DNA from: a virus | Lineage: Duplodnaviria > Caudoviricetes | Direction: 5' to 3' (one strand) | Length of the DNA stretch: 64,000 bases | Virus record (IMG/VR): IMGVR_UViG_3300021514_000002 | Coordinates: 160,001 to 224,000 of that record | Shown here: piece after piece, positions 28,194-38,167 of the stretch | Layout of the letters: each line of letters opens with the position of its first letter | Position numbering within the stretch: position 1 is the first letter of the stretch | Notes under the pieces: model-generated | Told to the model about the DNA's origin: nothing | Database searches by the model: none | Seen by the model: only the letters and a program-made list of their open reading frames with translations | Made by a program: the position numbers and the translations under genes

Positions 28194-29153
28194 CTACATA
28201 TAAATTTCGCTAACGGACTGTCCGTTATTGATCCTTCTAATTGTTTCTGCTAATAATGAGGCGATTGATATAACACGTATCTTACTAGATTTTAATTCTG
28301 TTGATAACGGAATGGTGTCCGTTACGACAACTTCATCTAATACAGAGTTTTCAATATTATCATATGCAGTGCCTGAGAAGACCGCATGTGTTGCATATGC
28401 GGTCACAGATAAAGCTCCACGTTCTTTTAAGGCCGTTGCTGCTTTCGCCAACGTTCCTGCGGTGTCAATCATATCATCAACAACAATACATGCTTTACCT
28501 GATACATCACCAATAACATTCATAACTTCCGATACGTTTGCTTTAGGTCTACGTTTATCGATAATAGCAAGGTCTGCATCGTTTATTTGTTTTGCGATAC
28601 TGCGCGCACGGGCAACGCCACCAGTATCGGGCGAGACAATAACAATGTCGTTAATGTTCTTATGATAATTTCTCCAAATATCACCAATGATTATTGGCGC
28701 TGCAGAAATATTTGTAACTGGAATTGTGAAAAATCCTTGTTGTTGTTCGGAATGTAAATCGACAACAATAAGTTGTGCAACCCCTGCGACTTGTATCATG
28801 TCCGCAACCAAACGTGAGGTTATTGGTGTTCTTGTATAAGAAGGTCGCCTATCCTGTCGCGCATAACCATAATATGGAATAACACCGATGACTTTTTGCG
28901 GCGCAGAACGTCTTACAGCATCCGCCATAATAAGAAATTCCATAAGATTATCATTAACAGGAGCGCATGTTGGTTGAACGATAAAAACATTTTGCATTCT
29001 CACCGTTTCATCCAATTCAATGCGAATTTCGTTATCGCTAAATTTATCGACTTCCACTCTTCCAAGTGGAATACGTAACGATTTAGCAATAGCCTTCGCC
29101 AATGCTGGATTAGCATTACCTGCAAATACTTTAGAATTTCCCAACGCTGTCAT
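28194..29153 (-). CDS. prs: Ribose-phosphate pyrophosphokinase (PRPP synthetase)
   Basis: KFSDNEI, YYGYARQDR, VDLHS, VSPDTGGVARA, DKRR, VDDMIDTAGTL; start re-set to 29153. Confidence 0.95.
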   Translation of the reverse strand: MTALGNSKVFAGNANPALAKAIAKSLRIPLGRVEVDKFSDNEIRIELDETVRMQNVFIVQPTCAPVNDNLMEFLIMADAVRRSAPQKVIGVIPYYGYARQDRRPSYTRTPITSRLVADMIQVAGVAQLIVVDLHSEQQQGFFTIPVTNISAAPIIIGDIWRNYHKNINDIVIVSPDTGGVARARSIAKQINDADLAIIDKRRPKANVSEVMNVIGDVSGKACIVVDDMIDTAGTLAKAATALKERGALSVTAYATHAVFSGTAYDNIENSVLDEVVVTDTIPLSTELKSSKIRVISIASLLAETIRRINNGQSVSEIYM

Positions 29154-29607
29154 TATTATCTTCCTCGTATTCTTCAATATGTTCATATGCTTGTATTAGC
29201 ATATTGTATGATTCACATGTGACATTAGTTTCTAATTTAATCTTCGTAAATGAAGGGAATATAATTATAATAAATGAATTAGTCAATGTCGCCAACCACG
29301 ATATAAATAACCATGCAGGTGTTGCTTGTAATTCTGGAACTATTGCAAATAATAATATAGTAAGATCAACTAATAAAGTTAGCGTACTAAAATAGAACAT
29401 TCCCTTAGATGCTTGAAAAGATTCTTGTAGTATCGGTATATCTTTTGTTGTCAATATCTCCGATTCTTCTGTATCATCATTTTCCAATAAAACATCATTT
29501 GCGTATGTTAAAAAACGTAAACCCTTTGCATTGTATAACATAATACTAATCATGTACGCGATTGTCATAATATTTGCTAACAATAATATTACTATAAATG
29601 TTATCAA
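29131..29607 (-). CDS. Membrane protein (3 TM)
   Basis: Hydrophobic segments. Confidence 0.65.
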   Translation of the reverse strand: MITFIVILLLANIMTIAYMISIMLYNAKGLRFLTYANDVLLENDDTEESEILTTKDIPILQESFQASKGMFYFSTLTLLVDLTILLFAIVPELQATPAWLFISWLATLTNSFIIIIFPSFTKIKLETNVTCESYNMLIQAYEHIEEYEEDNNDSVGKF

Positions 29608-29777
29608 TTAATAATCCTTTAAATATTAGTATGTAATTCATTATTATATACGATACGTATAAAATGTCAAGAACTTTTAACCTTTGGTGTAATTTCAAAC
29701 TTTTCAGTTGAAGACTTAGTAAACTCCCCAATTCCAAATACGATGATTACAAACACCGTTGGTATTAACATCATCCG

Positions 29778-30206
29778 CTAATATATTTTGTTGGGTTTTA
29801 CCTTTCTGTTTTCATCCCCATGAATCGGGCAATCAGAATTCATTACACTTTCTTCACTACCAATACGATCAGCGTTGTCGAGTTTAGGACATTTACATTT
29901 TGGTACATCAAACCATTGATGCCAATTGCTATCTTTTTTAAATCCCCACAGCTCTTGTTGAAGGAATTCAAGTCTTTCAAACATCTTGGCAAAGTTTTTT
30001 AATGTGGTAATATTATCTGTGCGTTCCATCGCCGCAAAGATTAATGCACGCAATATATGCGTCTCTTTCAACATTTCAATGTTTTCTGATGATACATTTT
30101 GATCACGAGCCATATTACTATTTAAAGTGGTAACATAGTCGCCATTACTAAAGCGAACTTCCATATTTTTTGCGTTGTAAATGTCGTCAGACATAAGATA
30201 CTCCAA
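29778..30206 (-). CDS. Conserved phage hypothetical protein
   Basis: QELWGF..D..WH.WF.VP.C.CP..DN. Confidence 0.7.
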   Translation of the reverse strand: MEYLMSDDIYNAKNMEVRFSNGDYVTTLNSNMARDQNVSSENIEMLKETHILRALIFAAMERTDNITTLKNFAKMFERLEFLQQELWGFKKDSNWHQWFDVPKCKCPKLDNADRIGSEESVMNSDCPIHGDENRKVKPNKIY

Positions 30207-30295
30207 AGTTGTTTATTCAGTAGGAGTAGTTTATATTAAAATAAGTTATAAGTCAAGACTTTTTAACCTAAATAATATATTAGCATATTCTAATA

Positions 30296-31177
30296 TTAGA
30301 AATCTATTAACCCATTGGATTGGTAGCCTTCTAGCCGCTTCTCTATTATATTAATATATGCTTTTTCGCGTTCAATCAAAATAGCGTTTCTTCCTAACGA
30401 TAATGCGGCTTCGCCTGTTGTTCCTGTTCCCCCAAAACAATCCAATACAGTATCGTCTTGATTTGTAGTAAGTGTAACCAACCATTTCATTAACGCCAAG
30501 GGCTTCTGTGTCTGGTGCTCTTTAATTGATTCTTTTCCGCGCGGCTTTTTTACATCAATCACGTTCGATGGATGTGTCAATTCCACAATTGATTCAGTAA
30601 TTACATTATAAGGATGCCTGCCATTTTCATTCATTGTATATGGTTTATCGTCTAAAGCCTTACCATATATCTTCGCATCAGTATCACCACTATATCCAGG
30701 CCTTCCCGGATGTTTGCCAGTTGGTAAACCGGGTAATAACAATTCATCATGGAGAGTTTTAAATTCTTCTTTATATGTAATGCGACATTCTTCTATGTTA
30801 AGCGGCACTGTTTTATGTTTAACGCCAAAGTAAATTGGTTCATGACACGATTTTAAATTTTGTGCTTTGGGCATAGTACTCCAATATACCCATTCAATCA
30901 TATCTCTAGTTTTAAACCCTGCTGTTTCTAATCCACAAGCCATCCAATGGTACGTTTTGGTACATCCAAATGATAATAAGTTTCCAGACGGTTTTAAAAT
31001 ACGGTACGCTTCTTTGCCCCATTCATTACACCAATCACTGAATTCTTTATTGGAAGGCCAAGTATCCCACTTGTCCATTCCCAAGTTATATGGTGGATCG
31101 ACAATTATGGCATCGACGCTATTGTCTTCAAGTGTTTTTAATTGTTCAATCACATCACCATGAAGAAGCGTTAACAT
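30296..31177 (-). CDS. Beta-class N4-C/N6-A DNA methyltransferase
   Basis: IIVDPPY; HQTQKP; VLDCFGGTGTT; LIERE. Confidence 0.9.
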   Translation of the reverse strand: MLTLLHGDVIEQLKTLEDNSVDAIIVDPPYNLGMDKWDTWPSNKEFSDWCNEWGKEAYRILKPSGNLLSFGCTKTYHWMACGLETAGFKTRDMIEWVYWSTMPKAQNLKSCHEPIYFGVKHKTVPLNIEECRITYKEEFKTLHDELLLPGLPTGKHPGRPGYSGDTDAKIYGKALDDKPYTMNENGRHPYNVITESIVELTHPSNVIDVKKPRGKESIKEHQTQKPLALMKWLVTLTTNQDDTVLDCFGGTGTTGEAALSLGRNAILIEREKAYINIIEKRLEGYQSNGLIDF

Positions 31178-31923
31178 TTTGTGTTACCTATTGGTTTATT
31201 ATAAAATGGTATTCCAGTATCATAGGCATCATATAATTGTTCAACTGTTATTATTAATTTGCTAAAAGGTTCGCCCTTAATAATTCCTACAATTGGCAAC
31301 TCGAGGGGGGTGACGTATCCTTCCGTTTTTTGATCTGCTTGTTGTTCACGTAATTGAATTTTGGAGGGATTATATTTCGCTGGGCTTGTTGAGGGGTTTA
31401 TTTTATTACTTTCTATCATATGAAATACCACAGCATCCATGTATATTAATGCACCTATCATATAATCAAATTTGGCAGGTTTTACGTGTTGATACATTGT
31501 AGAACCTTTACATGGATTAGTAGGGTCAAAGCGCAATGCACGCTTTGCAAAGGTTGAAAGGGGCATTTTGTGTTTCGGTTGCATTATACGTGATACTTTT
31601 ATTTCAATTTTATTATTATTGATAAAGTCGTATCCATCGTAATGCGTATCGAGTGGTTTAGATAATCCTAACGTTGCAACAAGGGACTTCTCAGCATGGT
31701 CACCAAATGCTTTAGAATTTTCTTCTAAAAATTCACTAACGTTTGCATACCTTGTTAAGTCATCTACGAGGGTAGCAACTTTACGTGCAATGATATGATC
31801 TATATGGATTAATTCATTTACTGTTTTGTTGTCATTTGTCGTTGTTATGTCTAATAGGATCAATAGTAGCTTTTCATCGATACACAATTCTTCAGCCAAG
31901 CAAGCAAGACTTGTCATCTTCAT
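31171..31923 (-). CDS. Putative type II restriction endonuclease (PD-(D/E)XK)
   Basis: YDGYD...KIEIKVSR; overlaps and precedes the methyltransferase. Confidence 0.55.
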   Translation of the reverse strand: MKMTSLACLAEELCIDEKLLLILLDITTTNDNKTVNELIHIDHIIARKVATLVDDLTRYANVSEFLEENSKAFGDHAEKSLVATLGLSKPLDTHYDGYDFINNNKIEIKVSRIMQPKHKMPLSTFAKRALRFDPTNPCKGSTMYQHVKPAKFDYMIGALIYMDAVVFHMIESNKINPSTSPAKYNPSKIQLREQQADQKTEGYVTPLELPIVGIIKGEPFSKLIITVEQLYDAYDTGIPFYNKPIGNTKC

Positions 31924-32008
31924 ATGTGTTCCTTTTTTGTGCGTTAATCACACTTATAATTATTATATAAGCAATATATCATAAACACATAAAAAAGTCA
32001 AGCAAAGC

Positions 32009-32033
32009 AAAAAGCCCACAACGTGGGCTTTTT
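32009..32033. terminator. Intrinsic terminator (bidirectional form)
   Basis: AAAAAGCCCAC-AAC-GTGGGCTTTTT after rIIB. Confidence 0.8.
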
Positions 32034-32038
32034 GTTAG

Positions 32039-33124
32039 TTATTCGTGATCGACAATGTCACCATCATCATGATCGTCTTGGGAATTAGGCCAATCATTAT
32101 CTGCCCAAATGACATCAATATCAAGAGTAAAATCTTCAACATAATTATTCGGATTGTTTGATGCCCAACGCCAACCAAAACCACCAGCAGAACGACGAGT
32201 GCCCATACATGCCTTTACAATACTCGCAGCATCAATACCGCTATCATTGCCTGCATCTTCAGGTGAATCAAACGTAGCAATAACGCTAGGATCTTTATCC
32301 GATGATAGCGCTTCTGCTAAATTCAGTTGTTCTACTGCCGAACTAGAAACTACTGTACGCGAATCGCGGAAGGAACATTCTAAATTTTCAGTTGGAAGAT
32401 TGCCATAAGAATCTTCATCAGTCGGCAATTCTCTTACCACAGTATATGCACAACATCGTCCTTTGGCGTTGTCGTAATCACTCGGAATCGCAACAACATC
32501 ACGTGGATTAATTTTAATCATCACCACCTTATTACTATAGCTTGTACCATAGTGTGGAAGATAACTACGTGCACAAAAATGTAAACCATGTGAGCACGTA
32601 TTGTGTTTATCTTCATTTACTGTATTACGTTGCATTTCGACGAAAGCACCGGGTGTATTATCTACACGACCTGTATAGATATCTTTGAAATGTTCATTGA
32701 CACGCTTATATGCGAGGAAATGACCATCTTCTGTAATAGGAAGTTTTGATGCTTCCAAGAAATCGTATAATTCATTCACTGCACGATTTGATGGATTGTC
32801 CATCAAGTTATCAAGAAAAATAGCCATGGGCGCAATATCAAAATCGTCAGCATACATTTCAAGCATTCTTGCTGTAAGTGTAGTATGTAGAGGTGTACCA
32901 TTATATGTTACAAAACCACCTTCAATTGCAACGTTCTCAATTCCTGCAATCGATTTTTTTATTAATTCTACTGGCAATGCAAGTTCTTTCGCTAATTCCC
33001 AATCTTTGTTTCGTACTGCGTCGCAAACCGCGTCGTATTTGTTATTGGTGCTATAAACTGTTGCCGAATCACCGTCGTCAAATACAAGGGTTAGATGTGT
33101 GTCTGCTTTAATAAAAGCTGTCAT
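32039..33124 (-). CDS. rIIB: rIIB-like protein with C-terminal NUMOD1 HTH
   Basis: LPITEDGHFLAYKRV, CSHGLHFC, NPRDVV.IP.DY..AKGR.C.Y; F.S..DA...I..AC.G.R.SAGGF.WR. Confidence 0.85.
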   Translation of the reverse strand: MTAFIKADTHLTLVFDDGDSATVYSTNNKYDAVCDAVRNKDWELAKELALPVELIKKSIAGIENVAIEGGFVTYNGTPLHTTLTARMLEMYADDFDIAPMAIFLDNLMDNPSNRAVNELYDFLEASKLPITEDGHFLAYKRVNEHFKDIYTGRVDNTPGAFVEMQRNTVNEDKHNTCSHGLHFCARSYLPHYGTSYSNKVVMIKINPRDVVAIPSDYDNAKGRCCAYTVVRELPTDEDSYGNLPTENLECSFRDSRTVVSSSAVEQLNLAEALSSDKDPSVIATFDSPEDAGNDSGIDAASIVKACMGTRRSAGGFGWRWASNNPNNYVEDFTLDIDVIWADNDWPNSQDDHDDGDIVDHE

Positions 33125-35418
33125 TTTTTACTCCTGTCAATTAATTTAATATAGTCAAATAGAACTGACCAATCTCCATTATACGCTAATTCGGATACTA
33201 ATGTCAACATTGGATATTTAGTAAACGCAGTATCATCATAAAATGATGGTTGATCAATATCAACCGTGTCCAGTAATCTATTGTATAACGTTTCGATTAC
33301 CTTAATCTGTGACATTACTTCTGCAGAATATTTTTCATTTCCTTCGATTAACGGCAGAACTTGCTGCTTAAACACAGAATCTGAATCTAATTTTTTAATA
33401 TTTTCTACGAACCCATCCTCCATGATGTGTTTCTTTATACCCAGTATTCCAGATGTCTTAGAGACTTGTTTATGGAATGTTAGTTCTTCAATATAATTGG
33501 GTAAAATTTCTTTAACAAAACTAAAAATGTCAACCCAGTCATCTAATTTCTTAACTTTATTATACGTGATTGTTGGCAATGCCATGATAGCTGATACTGT
33601 ATAGTCTGTATCATTAATATCATTATATGCACTTAATATAAAATGGATAGTTGGCGCAAACATTTCCACGCCAAGATGTAACGGTTCAAGCTTGCCATCT
33701 GAATTAATAAAAGAAGGTGATGATGCATATTTTAATGGTATATATAAACCACCATCATCAATATTGCCAATTATGGAGTTCCATGCAATTTTATCATGAT
33801 AATAATGCGAACCTGAGCCAGAATACGTCCCGCCATAACGATAAAATGATAAAGAACGGGAAATAGATTCTCTTATAGGTTCTTCTGTAATTTCGGATAT
33901 TTTATGAACATCAGGGGAACCCAACTCTTCAATTAGTCTAGAAAATTCTAAATCGTATCCTTCAAATTTTACAGGGTTGCAATTGTTGTCCAAACGTTCA
34001 AGTGGCACTAATCGTTGTGTGATTACAATCGCATCATTATAGTGGCTCTCCATTAAATATTCTTTAAGACGCGCAAGACCACCTCTTTTTACATCATTGA
34101 TAACGATAAGGGTAGTGTCATTAGGATCAACTGTACTGGAAACATCTGAACGTTTAAGCTTTGATGATTTTGTATAATAACCATTAATTCTATAACGATT
34201 GAGATCATGACCTAAGATTTGTTTATATCCAACCCTACCATTATCTTCAATATACCTTTTTAAATTTTTATTATGAACTTCATCGGCTTTAAGAAATGAC
34301 CGAATAGCATCTTCCCTATTAAATAGTTCATTGGATAATTTATTTAATTCAATACATGCAAACCAATATTTTTTATTAATGTCGCCAAATTTTTTCACAA
34401 CTTCACTCGTAAATTCTTTATTAAGTTTCTTCAACTTATTGGCGATAGCTTCTACAGATTTTGCATCATACCGAATTTCTTCGCGATTAGCAGATACTTC
34501 AAGCTCGCCGATATTATAAAACATAACAATATGTGAGCGATTGATAAATGCATATAAATCATCATCTACTTTGTCTTTGATTTGTTCACTATTTACACGG
34601 TAAGCGACATTTCCCTGTACAGCAATTAACGAAGAAGAACTATAACGCCCTGCAGATGAAAGCATCCATTCATCTGTTTCAATTTTATACTTCGGTAATT
34701 GGTCAAATTCAAAATTAAGCGCCCCCGTAATTTTTGGTTTAACGGGGAAATACATTAACGCGGTGGCTGTTTTATTTTTGAACTTATAAAAATCATTGGG
34801 TTTAATAGTTATTTTAACTTCAAGACCACTATGTTCATCTGTATCAATATCGCCCATTTTTGCAATTGTTGGGATACCATCCTCATTAAGGAAAATCGCG
34901 TAGGTACGTTTCTTGCCATTATATCGTGAAATAACTTCAAACGCATCAGAATAACTAAATGGACTTTTTGAACCAAGCCCCAGTGCTCCAATGAAATCAT
35001 TAGAATTTGTCTTCGTAGAATCAAAATAAGTTGTATATAACCCACCAGTACGATTAAATTGTAACGTTCCATCTTCATTGGTTGCAGTTATTAATTCACC
35101 AGTGGGGTCTTCTACCATTACAGGAACCATCTCGCCTTGGATATCTTCATCAGACAATCCGATACCATAGTCCTTAATTGAAAGGAACGGCTCTAACTCA
35201 TTTGGTAAATGGATCTCGAAAGGGGTATTACTATTTTTTGCGGCAATATGTGCATCGTAAGCGTTACAACTTAATTCGCGGACGATAGCCATTTCGGGAT
35301 CGGTATATAGTCCGCTCGAAAGGATACTAAAAGAAAGTGCGTTGGTTTTGATAGTAAACGAAGATTCGGCTTGCACGCCGCCACGTTCAATATTTGTATG
35401 ATTTGTATGAAGTTTCAT
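33121..35418 (-). CDS. rIIA: rIIA-like protein (N-terminal GHKL ATPase)
   Basis: LSSGLYTD...AIVREL.CNAYDAH, DYGIG, GALGLGSKSPFSY; adjacent to rIIB. Confidence 0.88.
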   Translation of the reverse strand: MKLHTNHTNIERGGVQAESSFTIKTNALSFSILSSGLYTDPEMAIVRELSCNAYDAHIAAKNSNTPFEIHLPNELEPFLSIKDYGIGLSDEDIQGEMVPVMVEDPTGELITATNEDGTLQFNRTGGLYTTYFDSTKTNSNDFIGALGLGSKSPFSYSDAFEVISRYNGKKRTYAIFLNEDGIPTIAKMGDIDTDEHSGLEVKITIKPNDFYKFKNKTATALMYFPVKPKITGALNFEFDQLPKYKIETDEWMLSSAGRYSSSSLIAVQGNVAYRVNSEQIKDKVDDDLYAFINRSHIVMFYNIGELEVSANREEIRYDAKSVEAIANKLKKLNKEFTSEVVKKFGDINKKYWFACIELNKLSNELFNREDAIRSFLKADEVHNKNLKRYIEDNGRVGYKQILGHDLNRYRINGYYTKSSKLKRSDVSSTVDPNDTTLIVINDVKRGGLARLKEYLMESHYNDAIVITQRLVPLERLDNNCNPVKFEGYDLEFSRLIEELGSPDVHKISEITEEPIRESISRSLSFYRYGGTYSGSGSHYYHDKIAWNSIIGNIDDGGLYIPLKYASSPSFINSDGKLEPLHLGVEMFAPTIHFILSAYNDINDTDYTVSAIMALPTITYNKVKKLDDWVDIFSFVKEILPNYIEELTFHKQVSKTSGILGIKKHIMEDGFVENIKKLDSDSVFKQQVLPLIEGNEKYSAEVMSQIKVIETLYNRLLDTVDIDQPSFYDDTAFTKYPMLTLVSELAYNGDWSVLFDYIKLIDRSKK

Positions 35419-35638
35419 AGTGTTCCTATACATTAATTATTAATATTGGAACTACTATATCAAATTAGGTTATAACAGTCAACCTTTTATTTTTATTCTT
35501 TTTCTTCTTGTTGTATATCAGTAAGATAATCTGCAACTGTCTTGCCTGTAGGTTCAGCGGGTTTAGTTGCTTCAATTGCGGCTTCAACTGCATCCTTTTC
35601 GCGTGCTGTGTTATTGATATCTTTTATTAAATCCATGG

Positions 35639-35875
35639 TTAATTATCCAATTCTTGTTTTATTTGTTGTTTGACTTCTTGACGTTGTGCTTTAGCTTTAG
35701 CATATTTACCTGTTTCTTTATGTGCGCCTGCGCCTGATTGTTGGGCGAACTTAGCCACTGGATTATTAGGTGCATCCATAGTTGGTTTTTCTGCCTTGTT
35801 TTTACGTGCACGCTTGGCTTCGCGCTTACGCTTTGTGCTACTTTTCGCCATTTCCAATAATTCAGCAACTTTCAT
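35639..35875 (-). CDS. Small basic late protein
   Basis: MKVAELLE start, NPVAK...GAGAHK; ATAAATA at 35903-35909. Confidence 0.65.
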   Translation of the reverse strand: MKVAELLEMAKSSTKRKREAKRARKNKAEKPTMDAPNNPVAKFAQQSGAGAHKETGKYAKAKAQRQEVKQQIKQELDN

Positions 35876-35908
35876 AACTGCTCCACAATAAAGATTATAT
35901 TGTATTTA

Positions 35909-36232
35909 TCATACAGTAAAACTTTCCCCACATCCACATTCGGCAGCAACATTGGGATTATTAAACTTAAACCCTTCATTAAGACCTTCTTTGGTGTAAT
36001 CTAATTCAGTTCCATTAATATAAATAAGACTTTTTTGGTCAACGATGAGTTTAACTCCGTTTGATTCAAACACTACATCATCTGCGTTAACAATATCAAT
36101 AAATTCAAGAACGTATGCCATTCCTGAACATCCTGTTGTTTTTATACCTACGCGCAAACCTAAGCCTTTACCACGACTTGTAAGATAATCCTGAACTCGT
36201 TGCGCGGCAATCTCTGTTATGGATAGTCCCAT
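35909..36232 (-). CDS. iscA: Fe-S cluster assembly A-type carrier
   Basis: TGCSGMAY...FNNPN...CGCGESF. Confidence 0.95.
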   Translation of the reverse strand: MGLSITEIAAQRVQDYLTSRGKGLGLRVGIKTTGCSGMAYVLEFIDIVNADDVVFESNGVKLIVDQKSLIYINGTELDYTKEGLNEGFKFNNPNVAAECGCGESFTV

Positions 36233-36513
36233 TAGTATTCAAGGCATCCAATAAACGGTGATATTCCACCAATATTTATTGCATCGTATCCACGTTCTGA
36301 AAGGTATGAAGCCGCCGCGCCGCTGCGCGCGCCGCTGCGACAGTAAAGTAAAAGCTTACTATCTTTTTTAAGGGTTAGTAGTTGGTTGGGTAGTGCGGCA
36401 AGAGGAATATTAACAGAGCCAGTAATACGGCTGGCGGTATGTTCATTAGGTGTACGCACATCAATAACATGTGCACCACTGTTTACCATGGCTTTTAATT
36501 TTTCGCAATTCAT
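36232..36513 (-). CDS. Single-domain rhodanese (PspE/GlpE-like sulfurtransferase)
   Basis: IDVRTP.E...I.GS.NIP; active loop CRSGARS. Confidence 0.9.
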   Translation of the reverse strand: MNCEKLKAMVNSGAHVIDVRTPNEHTASRITGSVNIPLAALPNQLLTLKKDSKLLLYCRSGARSGAAASYLSERGYDAINIGGISPFIGCLEY

Positions 36514-36890
36514 TTATTTTTCTCTTGATAATCATTTATAGCGGCTTTAATCGCATCTTCTGCCAAAACCGAACAATGAATTTTTACTGGAGGCAGTTCT
36601 AATTCATTTGCAAGGTCGACATTTTTAATCGTACTTGCTTCATCTATTGACATACCTTTAACCCATTCAGTTAAAAGGCTTGATGATGCAATAGCTGAAC
36701 CACATCCGTATGTTTTAAATACGGCGTTTTCGATTATCCCGTCATCGTTGACTTGAATTTGTAGACGCATTACGTCACCACAAGCGGGTGCGCCTACCAT
36801 GCCTGTACCTACTGTTGAATCGTCCTTATCTAATACCCCTACATTTCGTGGGTTTTCATAATGATCCAATACTTTATCTGAATATGCCAT
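36510..36890 (-). CDS. iscU: Fe-S cluster scaffold
   Basis: YSDKVLDHYENPRNVG, GAPACGDVM, FKTYGCGSAIASSS, LPPVKIHCS; start re-set to 36890. Confidence 0.96.
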   Translation of the reverse strand: MAYSDKVLDHYENPRNVGVLDKDDSTVGTGMVGAPACGDVMRLQIQVNDDGIIENAVFKTYGCGSAIASSSLLTEWVKGMSIDEASTIKNVDLANELELPPVKIHCSVLAEDAIKAAINDYQEKNK

Positions 36891-36944
36891 AATATATCTC
36901 CTATGGAAGTATATATTATGGTAACATAGTAAAATAGTCAAGTA

Positions 36945-37367
36945 TTATTTTAGCTTTTTATGTTCTACTATCCAGCGAGTTGCGGCTTTTACTACAGGTC
37001 TATGAAGTTCACGACCAACCCCAGAAAATTCATCTGGGGTCATCCAAGTAACTTCACCAGTTTCACTGTCTGGATCGCCAAACATATTGGGGTCTTCAAT
37101 TTCTGCAAGGTAAATCCTTGTTCTTCCAAGGAAATTTCCGAGATCGTGTTTGTTTATAACATTACCGTTAAATAATCCTAATTCTTCACCGGCTTCCCTA
37201 AATGCTGTTTCTTTATCAGATTCACCATCTTCCTGTTTCCCCTTAGCTACTTGAAAACATTTCCCACCAAATTTTGGATTCGATGGTTTCATGAACATCA
37301 TTTTGATTTCATTTTCTTCTACGTAGTAAGGGATTACACCCGCACGATATATTTTTTCTTTATTCAT
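36945..37367 (-). CDS. Nudix hydrolase
   Basis: Nudix box GKQEDGESDKETAFREAGEELG. Confidence 0.9.
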   Translation of the reverse strand: MNKEKIYRAGVIPYYVEENEIKMMFMKPSNPKFGGKCFQVAKGKQEDGESDKETAFREAGEELGLFNGNVINKHDLGNFLGRTRIYLAEIEDPNMFGDPDSETGEVTWMTPDEFSGVGRELHRPVVKAATRWIVEHKKLK

Positions 37368-37443
37368 TTGAACCTACTTACCTTTGGTTACTTTTACTAT
37401 ATTTATCAAAAAGAAATATAATAAAAAACAATGGGTTAGGATA

Positions 37444-37737
37444 TTACTTTTCTGCAGGTTCACGCCAAATCATCATTGTTTTAGTTAGTTTGTTTTTACG
37501 AACGAATACTTTGCCTGTTTCCACATAGCGGTCATGTCGCTTAATTTGGCGAAGAACCTTAGTAGAAACACTATGTGATTTCGCATATTCTTCAAAATTC
37601 ACGGGGGTAGAAGGGACTTCTTTAAAAGCGGTGGCAATATTGTTTCCTTTTCTACCGCGTTTTTTTAGCTCTTTTGTAGCAGATTGTGCAGGAGCATTTA
37701 ATACATGTGTTGTTGTGTTGTCGTTAGACATAATCAT
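37444..37737 (-). CDS. Small basic hypothetical protein
   Basis: SD AAGGA. Confidence 0.65.
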   Translation of the reverse strand: MIMSNDNTTTHVLNAPAQSATKELKKRGRKGNNIATAFKEVPSTPVNFEEYAKSHSVSTKVLRQIKRHDRYVETGKVFVRKNKLTKTMMIWREPAEK

Positions 37738-37826
37738 TTTTTCCTTTTAAAAGTTTTTGCAAATTAATTATATGGTAATAAAAATTAAAAGTCAAGAATT
37801 TTAGGTTATTAAAATAGGTTACATAT

Positions 37827-38162
37827 TTAATTTTCGTGTTTCTTTTTAAAATCAAGAATAGTCCCTGATTCTAATTTTTCTATAGGTTGTGCTGATATAC
37901 TAGCACAGTTTTTCGTAACCTCAACAAATTCATTTACGCCTTCCCAAAAGATGGCAACCATCCTATTCATTCGTTCTAACGGATCTTTAATCTTATCAAG
38001 TTCTTGCTTAAGTCGCCATTGTTTTCTGCGATACAACTCCTGATTTTCAGCCCGCATATTACTAATAGCGTTTTCAATCATCGCCGATGTAACTTTTTCA
38101 AATTCATCGGGACTTTCAATGTACAGATTTTTTAAGTAATCAAAATCGTATTCCATTGTCAT
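37827..38162 (-). CDS. DUF3135-like protein
   Basis: FD.L..L....P..FE......I...I....QWR....P..RM. Confidence 0.65.
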   Translation of the reverse strand: MTMEYDFDYLKNLYIESPDEFEKVTSAMIENAISNMRAENQELYRRKQWRLKQELDKIKDPLERMNRMVAIFWEGVNEFVEVTKNCASISAQPIEKLESGTILDFKKKHEN

Positions 38163-38167
38163 TACCT

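Noticed and set aside
35040-35150. Insertion in the rIIA GHKL domain (possible intein)
   Set aside because: Only ~25 aa, with no N-terminal Cys/Ser or C-terminal HN splice motifs.
35639-35875. Resemblance to the ribosome-rescue factor ArfA
   Set aside because: Only basic composition and a short NPVAK/GAH stretch match; the ArfA KGKGSY motif is absent.
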